Source: Prevotella sp. (lineage in GTDB: Bacteria > Bacteroidota > Bacteroidia > Bacteroidales > Bacteroidaceae). From it: DNA of 64,000 bases. A program made the position numbers and the translations under genes. Under the pieces are notes generated by a model. That model did no database searches. It was not told the DNA's origin and saw only the letters and a program-made list of their open reading frames with translations. The DNA is taken from the NCBI GenBank assembly GCA_017478085.1, contig JAFVEE010000121.1:3214-67213 (forward strand). The letters run 5' to 3'. Positions 40,724 through 50,628 of the stretch are shown piece by piece (position 1 is the first letter of the stretch; the number at the start of each line of letters is the position of its first letter).

Positions 40724-41026
40724 CCTTTCTGAATGCTGAAAGCCCTTTGGGTAATCACAGGAGGGCGGGACACATACATACAAAGGCGTTTTCTGAACGC
40801 TTTGGGTTTGACGCTTTGAGAACTTCGCAACCTCCCAAACTGTCTGTCAAAGCCAAAGCAACGGGAACGCCCCTTAGAGGTGTAGACCATTATATTGCCA
40901 TCAGCGATGGTGGTAGTATGATATATACATCGGCGTGGGGCTTTCAGCGTTGCTCGGTTGGACGGACAGGGTAATGCGAAGACCTTCAAAGCGTGGGACC
41001 GGGCACAGAACTGGCTCCACGTTTTT
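40724..41026 (+). ncRNA. Candidate structured leader RNA / attenuator
   Basis: Nested stems with G-U pairs: 40732-45/40938-51, 40785-93/40863-71, 40799-812/40846-59 and 40893-902/40906-15. Terminal hairpin plus U-tract at 40991-41026. Confidence 0.55.
40991..41026 (+). terminator. Intrinsic terminator-like hairpin within the leader
   Basis: gcgtgggaccgg-gcacagaa-ctggctccacgt followed by a T-run. Confidence 0.5.
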
Positions 41027-41095
41027 CGTGTGTATGCTAAAGGAATCTAAAACAAACAAGTCTACAGTGGGGCATGTTGACGCAAAAGCTAATGA

Positions 41096-42289
41096 ATGAA
41101 AAAGGTAATCACCCCTTTTGCTCTATTATTGATGATGGCCTGCATTCCTTTGTTTCAAGGATGTCGTGATTTCAATGTGACCTGGACTCCTGTAGAATAT
41201 ACAAAATATACGGGAAGGCCAACTATCAAAGTATATGTAGAAAACTCTGGAAGCATGGATGGCTATATGTGCGAAGGATCAGAATTGAAAGATGCAGTCT
41301 ATAGTTATGTGAGCACATTAGGAAGCTATGCAGATACGGTAGAGCTGAATTACATAAATTCTATGATTGTTCCATTCAAAGGAGACATCAAGACCTTCAT
41401 TAACAACTTAAACGCTGCATCCTTCAAAAAGACGGGTGGAAACAAGACAAACTCCGATATTGCTGACATGTTAGACCAAATATTGAAGAGCCTCCGTGCA
41501 AACGACATTGCTATCTTTGTGTCTGACTGTATACTCGATGTTCCACAGGGCAATGCAAAAGACTATTTGGTAAATAGACAAATAGACATTCGCAATGCTT
41601 TTGTCAAGAAATTGCAAGAAGACGGTAACATAGGTGTTGAAATATTCAGACTGGAATCCAAGTACAGTGGTATGTACTATTATTATAAAGGTGGTGAACG
41701 TCTTACCGATGTAAAGCGTCCATACTATATGTGGGTTATAGGGAACAAACACGCTTTGGCACATGTAAACCGAAAAGTGCCTTTTTCTCAAATCAAACAT
41801 GGAGTAGTTGACTACTTCGCCTATTCAACATACGAAGAAGTGCCTTTTGAAATCACCAACCAATTTGGCCTTGTTCTTAACCCCTGCAAATGTAAGACTT
41901 CCATTAATGGCCAATACACGATCAAGATACAGACAGATCTGTCTACTATGCTGCAAGAAGAGAAAATGACAGCAGACGTAACAAGATACAAAACACAGAA
42001 CCCAAGAGTGAGAGTCGTTTCGGTGGAAAAAATATCCAGTACGAAAGACCCAAATACCCATGTGCTAACTCTTAATATCGACAAAGGCATTTCGGCATGT
42101 GGTGAATACATCAAATATGTTCAACCAGAAACCCCATATTGGCTTGATTCCGCCAATGATGAAACGGGGGACAGTATCAAGAAGAACATCAACAAAACGA
42201 CTGGCATAAAAAACATCATACTTGGGGTTTCTGATGCCTATAGTGAACACCGCGAACTAGCTGGAGTAAAATTTGTAATCAACAATTAA
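41096..42289 (+). CDS. Lipoprotein with vWA-like domain
   Basis: Lipobox-like FQGC; YVENSGSM (MIDAS-like D/ExSxS); TNSDI; IFVSDCI (vWA strand ending in Asp). Confidence 0.6.
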   Translation: MKKVITPFALLLMMACIPLFQGCRDFNVTWTPVEYTKYTGRPTIKVYVENSGSMDGYMCEGSELKDAVYSYVSTLGSYADTVELNYINSMIVPFKGDIKTFINNLNAASFKKTGGNKTNSDIADMLDQILKSLRANDIAIFVSDCILDVPQGNAKDYLVNRQIDIRNAFVKKLQEDGNIGVEIFRLESKYSGMYYYYKGGERLTDVKRPYYMWVIGNKHALAHVNRKVPFSQIKHGVVDYFAYSTYEEVPFEITNQFGLVLNPCKCKTSINGQYTIKIQTDLSTMLQEEKMTADVTRYKTQNPRVRVVSVEKISSTKDPNTHVLTLNIDKGISACGEYIKYVQPETPYWLDSANDETGDSIKKNINKTTGIKNIILGVSDAYSEHRELAGVKFVINN

Positions 42290-42300
42290 ACAACAATATT

Positions 42301-42777
42301 ATGGGACAATTCTTTGGAAGTTTTTACTGCTTACTTGAAGACCTATTTGGTCTTGATTTAGCAAATTACCTATGGGGGCAAGCTTCTCCTTACATGACAA
42401 CAAATCTATTTATCCCGATTGGGCTAACAATGTTTGGTGTCTCGTTAGGCATAATGCTACTTTACTATTATGTCATTGACCATCCGAAATTATGCCATCT
42501 ATGGGGATGGCTTCTGTTCCTCGTAATCAATTTCGTGCTAAACCTCATTATTGGAGGCCAATGGGTATTGAGTCATCTTTATGAAGGGAAAATGGTGTAT
42601 TTGGATAAGGAACATCAAGAAATACCTTTACCAGGCATTGATGAATGGAATTGTTTCTTGTTTGGAGTCGCAAACGGTCTTTTATCAATCATTGTATTCT
42701 TGGCCTTTACATACATGTTCAAATGGAAGAGTACAAACTGCTGGGTAGCACCAGAAAACACATTTAGGAGGAGATAG
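42301..42777 (+). CDS. Small integral membrane protein (about 3 TM)
   Basis: Three hydrophobic stretches; KWKSTNC C-terminal motif. Confidence 0.75.
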   Translation: MGQFFGSFYCLLEDLFGLDLANYLWGQASPYMTTNLFIPIGLTMFGVSLGIMLLYYYVIDHPKLCHLWGWLLFLVINFVLNLIIGGQWVLSHLYEGKMVYLDKEHQEIPLPGIDEWNCFLFGVANGLLSIIVFLAFTYMFKWKSTNCWVAPENTFRRR

Positions 42778-42781
42778 AACT

Positions 42782-44188
42782 ATGGCAAAATTATATGTTT
42801 TCGGAATTGGTGGAACTGGTTCGCGTGTGCTTCGTTCCTTAACCATGATGCTGGCTTCTGGAGTAAATCTAAATGCCAGTGAAATTATCCCCATTGTCAT
42901 TGATCCAGACCAGTCAAACGCCGATTTAACACGTACTGTCTCACTGATGAATGACTATGCCCAGATTCAAAGCAAACTAACTTTTGCTGACGGCAACCAC
43001 AATCAGTTTTTCAAGACAAAACTTGAAAAGTTGCTCAACAACTATACCCTTGTCATAAAAGATACTAACGACAAAGAGTTCCGACAATTCATTGAATTAT
43101 CATCAATGAGTAAAGAGAATCAGGCAATGGCACAAATGTTGTTTTCTGAGAAGAACCTTCATTCTTCAATGGATGTTGGTTTTAAAGGAAATCCTAATAT
43201 TGGCAGTGTCGTGCTCAACCAAATTGTCAACTCTGATGGTTTTGCTACTTTCGCAAATTCTTTTGAACAAGGAGACAAGATTTTCATTATCAGTTCCATC
43301 TTTGGAGGAACTGGCTCAAGCGGTTTCCCTTTATTATTGAAGACCCTAAGAAAAAGCAAAGACTTCCCCAACTTTGCCAACATCAATCAGGCAGGAATAG
43401 GAGCAATCACTGTGTTGCCCTATTTCAGGCTCGAAAACAATGAAGACAGTGAAATAGATTCCTCTACATTTATATCGAAAGCGAGATCTGCGCTGGCATA
43501 CTATGAAAAGAACATCAGTGCTAACCACCAAGTCAATGCACTTTACTACCTTGCCGACGATCTGACCAACACGTATGAAAACAATGAAGGTGGAGCAAGT
43601 CAGCAGAATGCAGCTCACTTGATAGAATTCTTAGCAGCTACGGCAATTATAGACTTCTGCAATGGCGAGTTCAACGATGACTCTACAGTTCACAAGGAAA
43701 TTGGACTTCAGAAAGCAGGTACATCAATCACCTTCAACGATTTTTATAGTGGGCTCAGAGAAATGTTATGCTCACCTTTAACTCAATTCGTTCTGATGGC
43801 CAACTGTTTCATTGACCAATTTAAGAGCATGAGTTCATCTGATATAGCCGCTAATCAGACACTTGGACTGAATTCAGACTTTTATAGGAATTCATTCGTG
43901 AAAAACTTGCGAAAATTCCTTAGTGACTATAAAGAATGGTTGCAAGAGCTGAAAGAGAACAAGCGCTCGTTGGACTTGTTCAACTTGTCGGTTGGTGACA
44001 CACCATTTGAAGTTGTAACGGGTATCAGGCCTCAGTCCGTAAGAAGTTTCAAATCGAACTATAGCCTTTTGGCCGACCGTCTCAACTCCGCTTCTGGTAA
44101 ATGTGGTAGCAATGCTTCGGAAGACCGACTACTCGAACTTTACACGCTGGCAACAAAACGTTTAGTAAAAGAAAAATTTAATTTCTAA
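42782..44188 (+). CDS. Tubulin/FtsZ-superfamily GTPase (tubulin-like family)
   Basis: T1 loop FGIGGTG; IVID (T2); T3-like GFKGNPNIG; T4 signature SIFGGTGSSG; helical C-terminal extension. Confidence 0.82.
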   Translation: MAKLYVFGIGGTGSRVLRSLTMMLASGVNLNASEIIPIVIDPDQSNADLTRTVSLMNDYAQIQSKLTFADGNHNQFFKTKLEKLLNNYTLVIKDTNDKEFRQFIELSSMSKENQAMAQMLFSEKNLHSSMDVGFKGNPNIGSVVLNQIVNSDGFATFANSFEQGDKIFIISSIFGGTGSSGFPLLLKTLRKSKDFPNFANINQAGIGAITVLPYFRLENNEDSEIDSSTFISKARSALAYYEKNISANHQVNALYYLADDLTNTYENNEGGASQQNAAHLIEFLAATAIIDFCNGEFNDDSTVHKEIGLQKAGTSITFNDFYSGLREMLCSPLTQFVLMANCFIDQFKSMSSSDIAANQTLGLNSDFYRNSFVKNLRKFLSDYKEWLQELKENKRSLDLFNLSVGDTPFEVVTGIRPQSVRSFKSNYSLLADRLNSASGKCGSNASEDRLLELYTLATKRLVKEKFNF

Positions 44189-44193
44189 TCATT

Positions 44194-47100
44194 ATGTCAA
44201 AAGTATTAAGACTATATACAGGTGGCACAAACACTTATCAGGATTGGAACGGTGCCGTAGCTTTTCCTTATGATTCAAAAGCGAGGGAAGACATACAAGA
44301 CCCAGAGGGTGCTTCTGCTAAAAACGAGATTACTTCAATTCCTTCTCCTTTTGCAAGAATTGATTTGGTAAAAATGGCTTTTGCAGAAGTATGCCGTTCC
44401 AAGAATCTTGATGGCAATTCCATCTTTCACAAAATGGTTTCAGATGCTCTTGACGTAGGTGAAATATTTTTCAACTACGACAAGCTGTCCGACAAAATAG
44501 AGATTATTACATGGGACTATGCCAAGGCAATTGGCGAACTCATGAGCTCGAGCAATGAAGGGCATCGTTACTACGGTGATGCACTGAACAAGTATCTGGA
44601 TTCTGACAAGAAAGCATATAATTTCGACCAGTTGAAAAATGTCTACCTTTTGAATTATAAGCATGGCCCGGCAACGCTAAATATCATTGGAGCAACATCG
44701 CCGGCAACGCTCTTCTTTTCAACGGCAAACAGTTTGGACTATGTCAATGACATTTTCTTTGCCCATGACAAGCCCTTTGACAATGACTATCAACCGCTTT
44801 ATTCTCGTGCAGATGTAGAATACATCAAGTCCTGGTTTATATTAAGGAACAGTATTCCAAACTTTGCCAGTCTGTTTCCAGAAGTTGACGATTACCTCGA
44901 CTTGACCTATAAAGCATTGACTAATAATGACCTTAAGCAGGAACTCCGAAATATCAACACGAATGCTTCTGGATTTGATCAAATTACAGTAAATACTACT
45001 ACACTAACTAATACCGTTGAAGTTCTTGGATATAGCCTCTATCAAAAAGGCAAGAAAAAAGTAGATAGCGGCTTTGAAATTATTTCAAGCATCTACAAAG
45101 GTGTCATGCCTTTTGTGTTACCTATTGAAGCAGGCAACAAGTATTCAGAAGTACCCTATGTAACGGGAAAATGGGGAAGGACAAACCATGCTCCCTACTA
45201 TGATTTACTTACAGACATTGACAGCCGCTCTTTGCCATTTGATGGAAGCATCCATGCCTACTTGACTATCAGCGATTTTCTTGAGGACAATATTATCAAG
45301 GTACCGCATAAGTTGAACACAGCCTCCTTTTTTGACGGAAACAGCGATCTTGGCAACACCGAAAAGCTTTCATATCTTCTGCCTCTGAAAAAGGAATTCT
45401 TTAAGTTTATCACGGCAAAAGAACTTGTAGAAGGCTTACCTTCTGGTAAGAAAATGATTGAAATGAATCTGTTGACAGGAGAGTCTGTAAAAGTCACAAT
45501 AAGGATACCTATAAAAGGAGATGGAAACGGCATCGACTGTGTAGAATACTCTCGCATCTATTATAGTGGAAACAACAAATCCGACAAGGAAAACAACCGC
45601 GGTGGAATTGTTGAGTTAGACTTTGCTGGATTCATGATGCCAAATATAAGATTCAGCAATCCAGAACAAGCCATATACACAGTAGGGTGTGTTTCTAATT
45701 TCTCCAAAAAGTATGAATTGGCCTTCTATGGGACAACGGAGAAATTGCAGAATGTTATTGCAGAGTGTAGGAATACCGATGATTCTTCTTTGAAAAGAAC
45801 AATGACCTATACAATAGAGAGGAGCAATTTCGACTATATACAGTTTGTTGACAGACAGGGATACCGTGGAGTCATCATTCCTGTATTCAAGAATCAAATC
45901 TCTAATGACGAATACCATTTTGCAATAGATTTGGGTACCTCAAATACCCATATAGAATATGTGAAGAATCAGGGAACCGTTCCACATGAGTTTGCCTTCG
46001 ACAAAGAAGGCCCTATGCTCTGCAAGATATTTGTCCCCCATATTTATACAGACTTGAACATGCAAGACGACCTTACGCTGGAAGATGAATTGATGGAAAA
46101 GGACTTCTTGCCCTCTGCAGTTGGCGATGACTTTGATTTCAATTTCCCGACACGAACAGTCTTGTCCTATTCCAAGAACAATATTGACTGGCAAAAAGCA
46201 ACATATCCTTTTAGCTTGATTAATATTCCTTTAACCTATAATAAGAGAAAGGAACTGGCTTATAATGCTATTGAAGATGATATCAAATGGGGCAAGGATG
46301 CCAAGCGGCGTATGATAGAGTCGTATATTGACTGTTTGATGTTATTAATAAGAAACAAGGTCGTTATGGATGGAGGAAAACTGGACAACACAAAGATTAC
46401 ATGGTTCTACCCCATCAGTATGGCACCTAAGCGATTGAATAGCTAAGAAACACTTGGGACGAAGCTTATAGGAAATACTTTGGTTTTGGGAAAACCAACA
46501 GTATGACGGAATCTGAAGCCCCTATCCAATATTATTTCCGCAGATATGCCGAAGCCACTAATCTTGTAAATGTCGACATTGGTGGTGGGACAACAGACAT
46601 TGCTTTTGCTAAAGAGCGGAACATCCAGTGCGTGACTTCTTTTAGGTTTGCTTCAAACGCATTGTTCCAGGACTCGTTCTCTGATGCTAATATCCATAAT
46701 GGCATCATTGACCGATATAAGCCTATATACCGTTCTTTGCTTGACGGACAAGACCTAAAGGAACTTCCAGCGATCTTTAATGCGAACGAAGAAAAGCCTG
46801 CCAATATGGCTATGTTCCTCTTCTCGCTGAGCAAGAACACCTTGGCGCAGAAACTGAATAAGAACGAAATAGATTTTACAGCAAAATTACGTGAGGACGA
46901 GAACTTTAAGATAGTATTCATTCTATTTTATGTCGCTATCATTTACCACATTGCCCAGATTGTAAAAGTAAAGAATCTTGAACTGCCTCGCCACATAACA
47001 TTTAGTGGAAATGGTAGTAAGGTATTATCAATACTGACTACCGACAACAAAGATCTCGCTGCTTTCACTAAGACAATCTTTGAGTATGTTCTTGGAAGGC

Positions 47101-47576
47101 CATACAATGGTGCATTAGACATTCTTGGTATAACCGACGATTCAAACCCCAAAAAATCTACTTGCAAGGGCGGTCTTATGACAACGGCGACAAGTGGGGT
47201 CGACAGAAGCTGCATAGTCGTGCTGAAAAGTGACGGTTCTGGCGTTACTAACGACAATGACACATACGACTCTATCAATGACAACTATGTTTCACATGTT
47301 GTTGATTCTGTTGAGAAGTTCTTTGATTTCGCATTGACAGACCTAAACAAGAAGTTTGACATCGATAGCTATTTTGGTGTTTCTTCAAGTTCCTTGCAGA
47401 CAGCACGCGAGATTTGCAAGAACGACATCAAGACCTATGTGATGAAAGGACTATCGCTGATGAAAGAGGAGGCAGACGGAAAGAACAAACTTGATGAAAC
47501 GCTCTTTTTCTACCCCATCAAAGGTGTATTGCAATCATTATCTACAGCATTAACTACAAAAAAAATAAGATTATGA
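44194..47576 (+). pseudogene. Large actin/Hsp70-fold ATPase (SrfB-like), about 1127 aa if repaired; split by a 1-nt frameshift near 46441 (ORFs 44194-46446 and 46503-47576)
   Basis: Phosphate-1 FAIDLGTSNT lies in the first ORF. Connect-1 TESEA, phosphate-2 VDIGGGTTD and adenosine motif FSGNGSK lie in the second. Adding one A gives a continuous RLNKLRNTWDEAYRKYFG...MTESEAP. Confidence 0.8.
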
Positions 47577-48439
47577 AGTTTAAAACCATTTATACTGCAT
47601 TGCTCGTCTTATGTGTCGTGTTTTCTTCATGTTTGGAAGACAAACGACCTACAAATCCAATGCAATCTAACACATCGCAAATAGACACGACATCTGTCAA
47701 AGACTCGTTGTCCAAAGACACAATAGCACAGTCCAAAGATTCTGTTGCTCAGGCACCAGTAGTTTATCAAGCAGAAATTATAAAGAAAGAAGATGATTCT
47801 CCGACTTTTTGGGAATTGCTATCCATCGGCTTAGGTGGTCTGGCTCTTGTCCTTGGTATTGTCATCTGGTATCTAATGGCACAAATGGACAGGAATGTCT
47901 CTCATGCGATAAGAGAGTTAGAGCAAGACATGAGATTGAAAATCTCTAATGCCAACAAAATTGCTTTGGATAGATGCAAGAATGTTGAAGACAAGAATCT
48001 AAATCTGCACACTGATGTAGATCGCTTATCAGAGCGGGTAAAAAGAATTGAAAACAATTATACACAATCAACAAACTATGTAGTTTCTGATAGGAATTTC
48101 GAAGAATATACCGAAGAAGCAATTCAGCCAAAGAAAAGAGGTTACTTCGGTATAGTAAAAAGAGGAACAGGAATTGCTATGTTCAATGACATTCTCAAAT
48201 CCCGTAACGAAGGAGCCTATTTTGAAGTAGACTATTTGGATGACGAAAGATGTGAATTCTCGCCAATAGACCTTGACAAGATTCGCTCAATAGATGCTGT
48301 TGGTGAAGCAATTGAATATAATGGCGATATGGGATATGCAAAAAGTATGAAAACGCTCTCAAAAGGTAAAGCTGTGCTCGATAAGGAACATGGTTTTTGG
48401 AGAATTACAGATAAAGCGAAAATCGAATTAAAAGCATAG
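47573..48439 (+). CDS. Lipoprotein-signal + TM + coiled-coil protein with C-terminal beta domain
   Basis: Lipobox-like FSSC; low-complexity spacer; TM (LLSIGLGGLALVLGIVIWYL); coiled coil; KGKAVL...WRITDKAKIEL end. Confidence 0.75.
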   Translation: MKFKTIYTALLVLCVVFSSCLEDKRPTNPMQSNTSQIDTTSVKDSLSKDTIAQSKDSVAQAPVVYQAEIIKKEDDSPTFWELLSIGLGGLALVLGIVIWYLMAQMDRNVSHAIRELEQDMRLKISNANKIALDRCKNVEDKNLNLHTDVDRLSERVKRIENNYTQSTNYVVSDRNFEEYTEEAIQPKKRGYFGIVKRGTGIAMFNDILKSRNEGAYFEVDYLDDERCEFSPIDLDKIRSIDAVGEAIEYNGDMGYAKSMKTLSKGKAVLDKEHGFWRITDKAKIELKA

Positions 48440-48445
48440 TGTATT

Positions 48446-50011
48446 ATGAATTTAGTTGATAATTTAGTTCCTATTATTGTCATTGTTATCATTTGCATAC
48501 AAATAACGTTCTTTGTGAGCAATGTAAAGCGTATGTATGTATTTGGATCCATATTTTCGAATGTATCTTCATGGAAAGTTATAAAAGACTCGAATACGGA
48601 TTTCGTCAATGGAATCCAGGGTAAGGGGAATGATATTTTCAGGTCAATTTGTAATTCTATTAATAAGTATCTTGGCAATAACACTGGCTCTATAATTGAT
48701 TTCCAATTGTTGAAGGACGCTGTTGATCGTCATTGCGATTCTGTTGAAGAAGATATTAGTTCGCAAACTCCTGTCCCTCTTTATTGTGGCTTAGCTGGTA
48801 CTATGATAGGAGTTATTGTAGGATTAGCCTCATTACTCTCCACAGGCAGCATCGATTCACTTATTGGCGGTACCGACCCAACTACAGCGGGAGCAGCAAT
48901 GCAAGATGCCGCAAAAGGTATTAACGAATTGCTGAAAGGCGTTGCCTGGGCAATGGTTGCGAGCATCTTCGGTATCACTTTGACGACAGCGAATTCTCTA
49001 ATGTTCAAAGGATGTAAGTTGAATGAAGACAAAGGTAAAAATGACTTTCTTGCATGGATGCAAGCTGTTCTTCTTCCTGCTTTGCCCAACGACACATCTT
49101 CTGCCATGAACAACTTGGTGAAGAACCTCAATCGATTCAATAGTACGTTTGCTTCAAACACAAGCGAGTTGAGAAACGCACTTCGTGATGTAAACCAATC
49201 CTATTCCATTCAGGCAGACATTGTCAAGGCTGTACAAGAAATGGACGTGATGAAGATGGCAAGGGCAAATGTAAACGTTTTGAAAGAGCTTCAGGACTGT
49301 ACAGACAAACTTGAGCAATTCAATGAATACTTAAATAGCATAAAGGGATATACCGATTCCATCCAGAAATTTAACGAGCAATTCAATGAAGAGGCTGAAC
49401 GACTGCATGTAATGGAGGAGATACGCGATTTCTTTGAACGTAACAAAGCTGAAATCGCGAAAACTGTTGCTGACGAAGACAACACATTGAGAGAAGCACT
49501 TGGAGCATTAAAAGAAACCTCATCAAAGGTTTCTGATGAATTACAGATTTCATTGACTAGCCAGTCTGATAGGTTCATCGAACTGAACAAACAGATGTGC
49601 GATGAATATACAGACAGACTGAAACAGCTTCCCAAATTGGAAACCCAGTTAGAGGAGATTGCCAAAATACCACAACTTTTGCAAAACCTGCTACAGCACA
49701 TTGAAAGATCAAATGACTCTTTGGTTGACAAAATAGGCAAAACGCTAAGAACATTCTCTCGTACGGAGAATGATAATGGCGCATCGAATATTAAGGTTAA
49801 GGTTCTACCTCTCTGGATGAAATTACTCATCTCCCTTTGTACTTTTATTACAACAATTGGAGTTGGTGGTATGGCATATATGATTTACGAGAAAGAATAT
49901 GGAAGCCAAACGCCGCAAGCGGCAGAAGGTTTTTTCCCTGATACGGACTATCGTACGCATATAGAAGACACAACTTCTTTACAATCAGATAACATAACGA
50001 ATTTGCCATGA
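48446..50011 (+). CDS. MotA/ZorA-like ion-channel subunit with long helical tail
   Basis: N-terminal TM; PLYCGLAGTMIG and GVAWAMVASIFG (MotA/ExbB/TolQ TM motifs); long predicted coiled-coil tail; extra C-terminal TM. Confidence 0.8.
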   Translation: MNLVDNLVPIIVIVIICIQITFFVSNVKRMYVFGSIFSNVSSWKVIKDSNTDFVNGIQGKGNDIFRSICNSINKYLGNNTGSIIDFQLLKDAVDRHCDSVEEDISSQTPVPLYCGLAGTMIGVIVGLASLLSTGSIDSLIGGTDPTTAGAAMQDAAKGINELLKGVAWAMVASIFGITLTTANSLMFKGCKLNEDKGKNDFLAWMQAVLLPALPNDTSSAMNNLVKNLNRFNSTFASNTSELRNALRDVNQSYSIQADIVKAVQEMDVMKMARANVNVLKELQDCTDKLEQFNEYLNSIKGYTDSIQKFNEQFNEEAERLHVMEEIRDFFERNKAEIAKTVADEDNTLREALGALKETSSKVSDELQISLTSQSDRFIELNKQMCDEYTDRLKQLPKLETQLEEIAKIPQLLQNLLQHIERSNDSLVDKIGKTLRTFSRTENDNGASNIKVKVLPLWMKLLISLCTFITTIGVGGMAYMIYEKEYGSQTPQAAEGFFPDTDYRTHIEDTTSLQSDNITNLP

Positions 50012-50628
50012 CAAAGAAAAAAGAATCATTTTTCTGGACGAGCTATTCAGACCTTATGACAAGTCTGTTCTTCATTATGCTTGTTCTATTTGTGCTGGTC
50101 ATCGTGTTGTTGTACAAGCGAATGGAAGTAACACAACGGCAACTTGATGAAATACGGAAGATAGAAGCCTCCACAAAAGACCTAAATCCAAAATATTTCA
50201 ATTATCGCCCTGAATATAAGAAATATATCTTGAACATAGAAGTGAAATTTCCAACTGGCAGAGGTAACATAAATGAGATTGATGCAGCAAAACTCGAACC
50301 TTTGTATGAGGCTGGAAAAGAAATCCAACAGTTCATCGCCAAACATGAGAATTATCAATATTTGTTGATTATCGAAGGTCAGGCCTCTAACCTGAAAGAT
50401 GGCTTTAAGAGAAACTATGAGTTGAGCTATGAACGCGCACTGGGGCTAATACGGTATTGGATTCAAGTAAAAGGTCTGAAGTTTGGAAAAAATTGCGAAA
50501 TACAGATTGCGGGAAGTGGAGATGGTGAATTAGCCACTCACTCCATGCGAGAAAAAGAAGAAGTTAAAAATCAGCGTTTCTTAATACATGTATTGCCTAA
50601 AAACATTATCAAAGATGAAGAAAAATAG
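50008..50628 (+). CDS. MotB/ZorB-like subunit with OmpA-like peptidoglycan-binding domain
   Basis: FWTSYSDLMTSL carries the conserved ion-binding Asp; IIEGQAS, NYELSYERA and NQRF are OmpA-like motifs; ATGA overlap with the upstream gene. Confidence 0.85.
   Translation: MTKKKESFFWTSYSDLMTSLFFIMLVLFVLVIVLLYKRMEVTQRQLDEIRKIEASTKDLNPKYFNYRPEYKKYILNIEVKFPTGRGNINEIDAAKLEPLYEAGKEIQQFIAKHENYQYLLIIEGQASNLKDGFKRNYELSYERALGLIRYWIQVKGLKFGKNCEIQIAGSGDGELATHSMREKEEVKNQRFLIHVLPKNIIKDEEK

Noticed and set aside
40268-40989. Short ORFs across the repeat and leader region
   Set aside because: They are translations of tandem repeats or structured non-coding sequence, with no protein-like signal. A leader peptide cannot be fully excluded.
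46430-46450. Programmed ribosomal frameshift or phase-variable tract
   Set aside because: No slippery heptamer or homopolymer, and stops in both frames leave a window of only about 3 nt.
42782-47576. Reading the pair as housekeeping ftsZ/ftsA or dnaK
   Set aside because: No dcw or chaperone context, divergent motifs, atypical sizes and AT-rich accessory location.
48446-50628. Flagellar motAB or exbBD/tolQR
   Set aside because: The long helical tail and OmpA-like domain fit ZorAB better, and no flagellar or tonB/tol genes are nearby.
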